From Acaryochloris marina S15 (lineage in GTDB: Bacteria; Cyanobacteriota; Cyanobacteriia; Thermosynechococcales; Thermosynechococcaceae), in the NCBI RefSeq assembly GCF_018336915.1, contig NZ_CP064923.1, positions 2,430,001 to 2,462,000 of the forward strand: a DNA stretch of 32,000 nt, in the 5' to 3' direction. Of this stretch, positions 25,293 through 32,000 are shown one piece after another. How positions within the stretch are numbered: the stretch's first letter is position 1; each line of letters begins with the position of its first letter. Below the pieces are notes generated by a model, which searched no databases, was not told the DNA's origin, and saw only the letters and a list, made by a program, of their open reading frames with translations. The position numbers were made by a program, and so were the translations under genes.

Positions 25293-26477
25293 TCACCGAC
25301 TTAACACAGTATTGTAGACATCTGATATCTGATCAATAACGACTTTTTCTCCAAAATGCGCTAAACATTCTTTTCTGATCTCTGAAGGACTATAACTTGA
25401 ATAAGTTTCATAGATCTGTTTCATTGCTTTTTCTAACTTGTTAGGTTCCTTTACAGGAATAAGGAGACCATTGCGGCTATTTACTATGCATTCTGGTCCT
25501 CCACAGGTAGTAGCAACCACGCACTTACCACATGCTAGAGCTTCAATTAGAACTACTCCGAATGTTTCAAAATGACTAGAAAGAACAATAGTATTTGCAT
25601 GTTGCATCTCGTGTAAAACCTGCTCACGAGTTAATTGGCCCAAGAAAGTGACCTGATCTTTAACATTCAAATTACTAATCAATGTCTCTAGGCTTTCCTG
25701 TAAAGGACCTATGCCACCTATACGGAGTTCAGCATTAGTATTTCCCTTAAATCCTCGGGCAAAAGCATGTATTAGGTCAGACTGTCCCTTGTTCTTTGTA
25801 AGTGAACCAATATTTAGAAATCGAAAGACATCATTTGGTCCAGATTTTAAACTCGCAGATGATTCCCTTAAATTGAATTTATGATCAACAATATTTGGAA
25901 TGTAAGTCCAGTCTTTAAATACATTTTGATATTGTATTTTTAATAAATTTCCTAAGTATGGACTTACAGAAATTAGTTCATCTGCCGCGAAGTATACTTT
26001 CGAAATAAGTTCTTTTTTCCAGTCTTGAAGAATTCCAGTAGCAATTGCTGAGCTATGTTCTGTAACTACAAAAGGAACTTTGTACTGATCCTTTATCATT
26101 AAAGCTAGGATCCCATATGGGAATGCTGAATGAACGTGGATTAAGTCAGGTTTACCGAATGCTAAGATATATTCTCCAAACATTTTCATGCCTGCTCGAA
26201 GAATAATCATTAAATTGAATTTATGTGAACGAGGAATCCAGTTTAAGCCATACCATTGGTAAACTGGCATTCCGTTATCTTCTTCGAGTGAGATCCCACT
26301 TCTTAATTTTCCAAATTTCTTAATAAAAACTCTTGGATGATACAAGTATGGAGGGGGAATGATGCTGACTTGAAATCTATGTCTTTTAAGGGCTAAAGCT
26401 TGCTCACGAAAAAATATCCCTCTCACAAAGTTATCTTTATTCGGATACCAAGATGGTAGAATTAGAACTTTTCTCAT
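25293..26477 (-). CDS. glycosyltransferase family 4
   Basis: MRKVLILPSWYP N-terminus, and FETFGVVLIEALACGKCVVATTCGGPECIV (EX7E motif region). 394 aa. Confidence 0.88.
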   Translation of the reverse strand: MRKVLILPSWYPNKDNFVRGIFFREQALALKRHRFQVSIIPPPYLYHPRVFIKKFGKLRSGISLEEDNGMPVYQWYGLNWIPRSHKFNLMIILRAGMKMFGEYILAFGKPDLIHVHSAFPYGILALMIKDQYKVPFVVTEHSSAIATGILQDWKKELISKVYFAADELISVSPYLGNLLKIQYQNVFKDWTYIPNIVDHKFNLRESSASLKSGPNDVFRFLNIGSLTKNKGQSDLIHAFARGFKGNTNAELRIGGIGPLQESLETLISNLNVKDQVTFLGQLTREQVLHEMQHANTIVLSSHFETFGVVLIEALACGKCVVATTCGGPECIVNSRNGLLIPVKEPNKLEKAMKQIYETYSSYSPSEIRKECLAHFGEKVVIDQISDVYNTVLSR

Positions 26478-26497
26478 GTTAATGAGTATTCAGCTTT

Positions 26498-27172
26498 TTA
26501 ATGTCTCTTATATATATAGAAATCAGACATAGTTTCTTTGCCTTTGTGAGGATTATTAATTACATTGATAAGAGAGAAGTTAGTGATTTGATTTTCAATA
26601 TACTCAGAAAATTTTCTGTCAACTTGATGTATTGACTTGTGCTTTTTGTTAAAGTTCGTAGAATATATTAACACAAATTTTTTTGAATAATCAAATAAGT
26701 TATTTAAGTACTTATTTAAATTTTTTGTTTTTGTGATATGGAATATAACGTCAATTGATAGTGTAAGTTCAGCTTTTTGAAGATCCAGGTTAGATAATCT
26801 ATCGTTGTACTTTATAAAGTTTTTTGTAGGATCTTTTTCGAATTTATCCCGGCATAAACTGATAGCTCGAGAAGAAATATCAAGCCCAATATAACTAGGT
26901 GTTTTATACAAACTGAGTTGATTTCCATCACCACATCCAAATTCAATTACGGTTTGAATATTATTTTTTTCTATAAATGAATTAATGACACCTGCTTTGT
27001 AGCGAGCAAGCTTGTCATAGGATCCAATGCCGGAGTTACCTCCATTAGAATATCTTTTTTCCCAATATATGACCTCATTGAATTTTAATCGGCGAATTTG
27101 ATCAACTATATTGGATTTTAATCTGGAACTGGCCTCAAAAAAAATATTGTCAATGGTTGTTTTTTTTTTCAT
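26498..27172 (-). CDS. class I SAM-dependent methyltransferase
   Basis: Motif I VIEFGCGDGNQL; 224 aa; located in the glycan operon. Codons 2-5 are encoded by an A10 run. Confidence 0.8.
   Translation of the reverse strand: MKKKTTIDNIFFEASSRLKSNIVDQIRRLKFNEVIYWEKRYSNGGNSGIGSYDKLARYKAGVINSFIEKNNIQTVIEFGCGDGNQLSLYKTPSYIGLDISSRAISLCRDKFEKDPTKNFIKYNDRLSNLDLQKAELTLSIDVIFHITKTKNLNKYLNNLFDYSKKFVLIYSTNFNKKHKSIHQVDRKFSEYIENQITNFSLINVINNPHKGKETMSDFYIYKRH
27160..27169 (-). repeat. homopolymeric A10 tract (T10 on the + strand) directly after the methyltransferase ATG
   Basis: Counted directly: T at 27160-27169 on the + strand, CAT (=ATG) at 27170-27172. The coding strand reads ATG AAA AAA AAA ACA (MKKKT). 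Confidence 0.9.
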
Positions 27173-27299
27173 TTTAAAAATATTGTTTTATTTAGCTTAA
27201 CGATCAATGAATCTTCTAATAAGACAAAAAATCATGATGAGTTGCTGGTGGATACTCTATGGCGGGAAATATTTGCCTTTTTCTGCCCACTAGTAAATA

Positions 27300-28658
27300 T
27301 CATAATAAGGTTATTTTACTTTGGCCGCAGTCAATTTTCCTGGTGATTCCACGGGTATCTAATACTGCTTTTGAATATTGAATTACTTGAAGAAAATCGA
27401 TGCAACTATGATCTGTTGCAATGATGACTAAATCTGCCTGAGCTAGGGCTTGTGAAGTCAACTCAATACTGTTTAGAGTTTTTTTATCCACTTGAATTTC
27501 TGGAATGTAAGGATCATGATAGGACAGGTTAACCTGATCTCTCTTTAAGGCTGCCATCACCTCGATCGCAGGCGACTCTCTCCAATCTGCCAAGTCCTTT
27601 TTGTAAGTAGCTCCTAGAACTAGAACTTGGGCTTTAGAAGGTGCTATTCCCAACTGATTTAGTACTCTAAACGCCTTGCTCCTTACGAAAGAGGGCATTT
27701 GGCGATTAATCTCACCTGCCAAAGCAATAAAGCGGGTATTAAAGTTGACTTCTTTTGCTTTCCACTCTAAATAATGTGGATCAATCGGAATACAGTGCCC
27801 ACCTACTCCTGGGCCAGGGTAGAAGGGCATAATCCCAAAAGGTTTAGTATTAGCGGCATCTAGCACTTCCCATACATCTAAGTCAATGCGATCGCATAAC
27901 AATGCCAACTCATTCACCAGGGCAATATTAACTGCACGAAAAGTATTTTCAAACACTTTTACCAATTCTGCAGCCTTTGCACTGCTAACCGGAACCACAT
28001 GTTGAATCGTTTGTTGATAGAAACACAGCGCTACTTTCAAGGACTGGGTATCAGATGCACCCACAACTTTATTTGTATTCTGAGTGGTATAACGCTTATT
28101 ACCAGGATCTACCCGTTCAGGAGAGTGAGCTAGGAAGAAATCTTTTCCCTGAATTAAGCCACTATTCTCTTCCAGAATAGGTCGCATAACCTCATCTGTT
28201 GTGCCTGGATACGTTGTAGACTCCAATGCAATTAATTGCCCAGGTTGTAACCGATGTGAAATCTCTGTGGTGACACTTTCGATATAACTTAAATCGGGAG
28301 TTAGATTTTTCGTTAATGGAGTAGGGACACAGATGACGATTACATTTGCATTCTGGATCTCATCAAAGTCAGTTGAAGCCCTTAGCTTACTAGCACTAAC
28401 TGCAGCCCCAAGTTCAGCAGAACTGACATCATCAATATAGCTGTCCGATTGATTTACCTGGCCCGCTCTTGCTGGATTCTGTTCAATGCCAACAACATCG
28501 AATCCTGCTTTAGCTTTCTCTACAGCAAACGGGAGTCCAACATAACCTAAACCAATTACACATACTTTTGCAGTGTGATTGAGAATGCTATCTTGAAGTC
28601 GGGAGAAGTGGTTGAAGTTCTCAAAACTCTCCATTTCAGGTAAAGAAGTCTGGACCAT
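27300..28658 (-). CDS. nucleotide-sugar 6-dehydrogenase (UDP-N-acetylhexosamine dehydrogenase, WbpA/WecC-like)
   Basis: Rossmann motif VCVIGLGYVGLPFAV, catalytic PGPGVGGHCIPIDPHYL, 452 aa. The substrate (UDP-GlcNAc or UDP-ManNAc) cannot be decided from sequence alone. Confidence 0.9.
   Translation of the reverse strand: MVQTSLPEMESFENFNHFSRLQDSILNHTAKVCVIGLGYVGLPFAVEKAKAGFDVVGIEQNPARAGQVNQSDSYIDDVSSAELGAAVSASKLRASTDFDEIQNANVIVICVPTPLTKNLTPDLSYIESVTTEISHRLQPGQLIALESTTYPGTTDEVMRPILEENSGLIQGKDFFLAHSPERVDPGNKRYTTQNTNKVVGASDTQSLKVALCFYQQTIQHVVPVSSAKAAELVKVFENTFRAVNIALVNELALLCDRIDLDVWEVLDAANTKPFGIMPFYPGPGVGGHCIPIDPHYLEWKAKEVNFNTRFIALAGEINRQMPSFVRSKAFRVLNQLGIAPSKAQVLVLGATYKKDLADWRESPAIEVMAALKRDQVNLSYHDPYIPEIQVDKKTLNSIELTSQALAQADLVIIATDHSCIDFLQVIQYSKAVLDTRGITRKIDCGQSKITLL
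27888..27895. repeat. HIP1 octamer GCGATCGC
   Basis: Exact match read in the sequence. Confidence 0.9.
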
Positions 28659-29040
28659 CAGAAGATACCTAAAGAATTAACGATTTTGTTTCTATATTTG
28701 TGAATCCTGAGTAGAAATATTAGGCAGATATTTACTTAGTTAATATCTCTAAGACCTTGCCAGAGCAATCTGTTTAGATCATCTTTCAACTGATAGGATG
28801 GTTGCTTGTTACAGCATTTAAAACCTATTAATTACGGGTTTCTCACCCTAATGTACCCATCCCTAGTCTTTTTGTATCAAAGTCTCACGGTGCGCTATCT
28901 GGGCGCTTGCTATTCTAGTAGCGGCTGGGTTCTCGATACCAATACCTCTCGGTTTGGCATGACTCCATACTAAGAATTGACGATTCAGTAAATTGTTTGG
29001 ACTCAAGTAACGGCGATCAGGCCTCAAAAAAAGATAAAAA

Positions 29041-29835
29041 ATGGTTCCAACCACAATGAAGACAACTGGAGACGTCAAATGGATATTGAAAAGTAGGATT
29101 GACATCACTAGCTATACTGACGCTTGCGATCGCATCCAAGTATTGGCCGAAACCCAAACCTCTAGCTACATAATTGCCGCCAACGTCCACGTCGTCATGA
29201 CAGGGGTCTGGCAATCCGAGTATCAAAAAATTATCAACGAAGCCACTTTGGTGACACCTGATGGCATGCCCTTAGTTTGGGTTATGCGGCAATTAGGAAG
29301 TGACAGCCAATCTAGAGTTTACGGGCCAGACTTAATGTTGGCTTGGTGTGAGCGAGCAGCTGAGAAAAACCTTCCCATATACCTATATGGAGGGACCGAA
29401 GATATGCTCAAAAAACTAACCGAGAATTTGAATCAAAAATTCCCCACCTTGGAAATAGCAGGTTTCTATTCGCCTCCCTTTCGGCCATTAACTCCAGAAG
29501 AGGAACAGCAAGATTGCGATCGCATCAACGCATCAGGTGCATCGGTTGTTTTTGTTGCCCTTGGTTGCCCCAAGCAAGAACAATGGATGGCTCGTCAACA
29601 GGGCAGAATAAACGCCGTGATGATTGGTGTAGGAGCTGCATTCAGTTTCCATAGTGGTGAAGTTAAGCAGTCTCCCCGATGGATGATGCAGCTCGGTCTA
29701 GAGTGGTTGTACCGATTTTGCGTTGAGCCGCGAAGACTTTGGCGTCGTTATCTAATCAACAACCCCATGTTTATACTTCTAGTGAGTCAACAGTTGCTTA
29801 AACACAAATTCCAACGCCAACAAAAACAAGCTTAG
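29041..29835 (+). CDS. WecG/TagA/CpsF-family glycosyltransferase (N-acetylmannosamin(uron)yl transferase type)
   Basis: [37 protein letters not shown] and WLYR are family signature segments. The start is uncertain (ATG at 29041 or 29056). Confidence 0.88.
   Translation: MVPTTMKTTGDVKWILKSRIDITSYTDACDRIQVLAETQTSSYIIAANVHVVMTGVWQSEYQKIINEATLVTPDGMPLVWVMRQLGSDSQSRVYGPDLMLAWCERAAEKNLPIYLYGGTEDMLKKLTENLNQKFPTLEIAGFYSPPFRPLTPEEEQQDCDRINASGASVVFVALGCPKQEQWMARQQGRINAVMIGVGAAFSFHSGEVKQSPRWMMQLGLEWLYRFCVEPRRLWRRYLINNPMFILLVSQQLLKHKFQRQQKQA
29126..29133. repeat. HIP1 octamer GCGATCGC
   Basis: Exact match read in the sequence. Confidence 0.9.
29516..29523. repeat. HIP1 octamer GCGATCGC
   Basis: Exact match read in the sequence. 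Confidence 0.9.
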
Positions 29836-31133
29836 GTATTGCGTTGCTTGGCAACTCCTTGAGAAGAATTAAGGTTAAAGAGCATATTGAGTGATTGCAT
29901 GGCCTTGCGGCGAACTTCAATATCTTGCTGAGCTCGAAGTTGAACCATGGGATCGTGCAGAATCTTGTTGACGATGCCTCGGGTCAAGGCTTCGATCACT
30001 TCTTGGTGTTTTTCGGCAAACTCTGTGCCCAGACGAGAAAGCGCTTTTTCTAATTCTTGCTCTCGAATGGATTCTACCTTCGTTCTTAAGCTACTGATGG
30101 TGGGTACTGTCTCTAGGGAACGCCACCAGACATCAAAACTAGCCACCTCTTCTTCTAAGAGAGATTCTGCTTCTATAGCCATTTGTCTTCGGCTCTCTTG
30201 GTTTTGAGCAACGACTGCTTTTAAATCATCTACATTGAACGCATGGACTTGCGTCAATTCATTTACATTGCTGTGAACGTTCCGGGGTACGGAAATATCG
30301 AAGATCATGCAGGATTGACGATCACAGACGATGGGCTCTAGGATGTCGCGATCTAACAAGGGTTCAGTTGCAGCCGTACTAGTAAAAATTAAATCAGAAA
30401 CGGATAAGACTTCCTGCATGTCAGTTAAAGTATGCAGCTTCAGGTCAGCACTCTGAAATTGACTGGCCAGCTGCTCAGCTCCCTTCATCGACCGATTTAA
30501 GATCGTGATTTGATTGGCCCCTTTACTGAGCAGATGTTTGACCAATAAGCGAGACATTTTGCCTGCGCCGATAATGGCAACCCGATGGGCTGACAAATTT
30601 TCGGTCTTCATCTGGGCAAGTTCTACTGCCGCCGAACTGATTGATACTGCTCCTGTGCCGATACTGGTTTCTGTTCGGACTCGCTTACCAGCAGAAATCG
30701 CCTGTTTGAATAAGCGATTGAGAATAGGGCCAGCGCCGCTGTATTTTTGACTCATTTTGTGAGTTTGCTTCACTTGAGCCAAAATTTGTCCTTCTCCCAA
30801 AACTAAGCTATCTAGCCCGGCGGACACGCGCATCAAATGCATAACAGCATCTTGATGGAGAAGGATGAACAAATGCTGACGGAGTTCCAATAGAGGAATT
30901 TGACTCCACTCTGATAGGAACTGCGTCAGCTCACGAATACCGTCATCGGTTTCTTGCGCAACCACATAAACTTCCATGCGGTTACAGGTACTCAAAATGG
31001 CAACTTCTTCTAAATGAGGATAACTCCTTAATTGAGAGGTAGCCTTTTCTTTCACATCATCGGGAATGCTGAGTTTTTCTCGCACATCCACTGGCGCTGT
31101 TTTATGACTTAAACCGACAACCGCAATATTCAT
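29832..31133 (-). CDS. hemA: glutamyl-tRNA reductase
   Basis: [41 protein letters not shown]; 433 aa. Confidence 0.97.
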   Translation of the reverse strand: MNIAVVGLSHKTAPVDVREKLSIPDDVKEKATSQLRSYPHLEEVAILSTCNRMEVYVVAQETDDGIRELTQFLSEWSQIPLLELRQHLFILLHQDAVMHLMRVSAGLDSLVLGEGQILAQVKQTHKMSQKYSGAGPILNRLFKQAISAGKRVRTETSIGTGAVSISSAAVELAQMKTENLSAHRVAIIGAGKMSRLLVKHLLSKGANQITILNRSMKGAEQLASQFQSADLKLHTLTDMQEVLSVSDLIFTSTAATEPLLDRDILEPIVCDRQSCMIFDISVPRNVHSNVNELTQVHAFNVDDLKAVVAQNQESRRQMAIEAESLLEEEVASFDVWWRSLETVPTISSLRTKVESIREQELEKALSRLGTEFAEKHQEVIEALTRGIVNKILHDPMVQLRAQQDIEVRRKAMQSLNMLFNLNSSQGVAKQRNT

Positions 31134-31204
31134 GTGTCCTCCTTCTCTGTTTATTTAGCCGTTTCGTTTGAGAGATTCAAACTTCAGAACATAGAGGCAA
31201 TTGC

Positions 31205-32000
31205 CTAATGTAACTGGAGTGCCTTAGGACGTTTAGGCGTTTCAAACATATGGACGGTGTCAACAAATCGGGCGGTTTTAGACTGAGTAGAAATAACAAG
31301 GGATTGTGTTCTTGCACCCCCGCCAAAGAAGCGAACTCCTTTCATCAAGGTTCCTGGGGTAATGCCACAGGCGGCAAACAGAACGGTTTCACCACAGGCT
31401 AATTCCTCAGCTGTGTAGACCTTATCTGGGTCGTTAATACCCATGTCCTTGAGGCGAGCTAGGTTGCTTTCCTTGCTCTCACCAATCAAACCTGTTTTGA
31501 CGATGTCGGGATCGTAAATAAGTTGGCCTTGGAAATGCCCACCCAGCGCGCGCATCGCAGCAGCTGAAATGACGCCTTCAGGTGCAGCACCGATACCCAT
31601 CAATGCATGGATATTTGTACCAGAAAATGCACAGGAGAGAGCCGCAGAAACATCTCCATCCGTAATCAGAGCAACTCTTGCTCCTGCCTCGCGAATTTCC
31701 TTGATCAGGTCATTATGGCGTTCCCGCTTCATGACCACAACGACCAATTCCTCGATGTTGCGGTCCAGACATTTGGCCAAAATTTGTAGGTTTTCTGTTG
31801 CGGATTTATTGATATCCACTTTGCCTTTGGCCGCAGGGGGAGCAGCCAACTTCTTCATATAGAAATCAGGGGCTTCAAATAACCCACCTTTCTCGGAAAT
31901 TGCGAGGACAGCCATGGAGCCGTTCTGACCGTAAGCGACCAAATTGGTCCCTTCGCAGGGGTCCACTGCAATATCGATCTCCATCAACTCATCGGGGTTG
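31205..32000 (-). CDS. glpX: class II fructose-1,6-/sedoheptulose-1,7-bisphosphatase, N-terminus beyond the window edge
   Basis: [62 protein letters not shown]. The frame stays open upstream of the track's TTG at 31987 (...[11 protein letters not shown]), as in the cyanobacterial dual-function FBP/SBPase. Confidence 0.95.
   Translation of the reverse strand, partial: NPDELMEIDIAVDPCEGTNLVAYGQNGSMAVLAISEKGGLFEAPDFYMKKLAAPPAAKGKVDINKSATENLQILAKCLDRNIEELVVVVMKRERHNDLIKEIREAGARVALITDGDVSAALSCAFSGTNIHALMGIGAAPEGVISAAAMRALGGHFQGQLIYDPDIVKTGLIGESKESNLARLKDMGINDPDKVYTAEELACGETVLFAACGITPGTLMKGVRFFGGGARTQSLVISTQSKTARFVDTVHMFETPKRPKALQLH

Noticed and set aside
28863-29226. 81-aa and 69-aa minus-strand ORFs in and around the dehydrogenase/WecG-TagA intergenic region.
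   Set aside because: They overlap each other and the 5' end of the well-supported WecG/TagA gene. They have no motifs and are most likely spurious.
1-32000. Search for tRNA/rRNA genes, CRISPR repeats, IS elements, integrases, and known defence-system hallmarks.
   Set aside because: I saw no T-loop/acceptor-like tRNA signatures, no regularly spaced direct repeats, no transposase- or integrase-like ORFs, and no nuclease/ATPase gene pairs typical of defence islands. The kinase and EEP genes are convergent, show no coupling, and look like ordinary stand-alone genes.

Overview
The window reads as cyanobacterial chromosome. It carries ten exact HIP1 octamers (GCGATCGC), a ccmK-type carboxysome shell gene, a class II FBP/SBPase (glpX type), hemA, purH, hisF, mraY and gloB. 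I support about 30 protein-coding genes. I found no rRNA, tRNA, CRISPR array, transposase or integrase. Three regions stand out from the housekeeping background. (1) Bases 2-3631 hold a tightly coupled four-gene operon ending in a strong hairpin terminator. It encodes a di-iron/ferritin-like protein, a YdjC/HpnK-like deacetylase, an internally duplicated 2x4-TM DMT/EamA-like membrane protein, and an HpnI/ceramide-glucosyltransferase-like GT. The gene content resembles a system that builds, de-N-acetylates and flips an amino-sugar lipid. (2) Bases ~3632-4956 are a very AT-rich, ORF-poor stretch of ~1.3 kb containing only two small hydrophobic ORFs. (3) Bases 20570-29835 are a Wzx-type glycan biosynthesis cluster. 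Its core (~21.3-27.5 kb) is strikingly AT-rich (hand counts ~25-32% G+C against ~50-55% in the flanks) and has no HIP1 copies. It contains four glycosyltransferases, a flippase, and a methyltransferase whose codons 2-5 are an A10 homopolymer. It is flanked by a nucleotide-sugar dehydrogenase and a divergent WecG/TagA-type transferase. Smaller observations are a lone CcmK4-like shell gene with no partner, dyad-symmetric elements in its upstream intergenic region, a secreted 672-aa beta-helix protein, a Ser/Thr kinase with an unusual membrane-anchored C-terminal module, and several convergent gene pairs with little or no spacer. All functional calls come from motifs read in the supplied translations. 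No database search was run.
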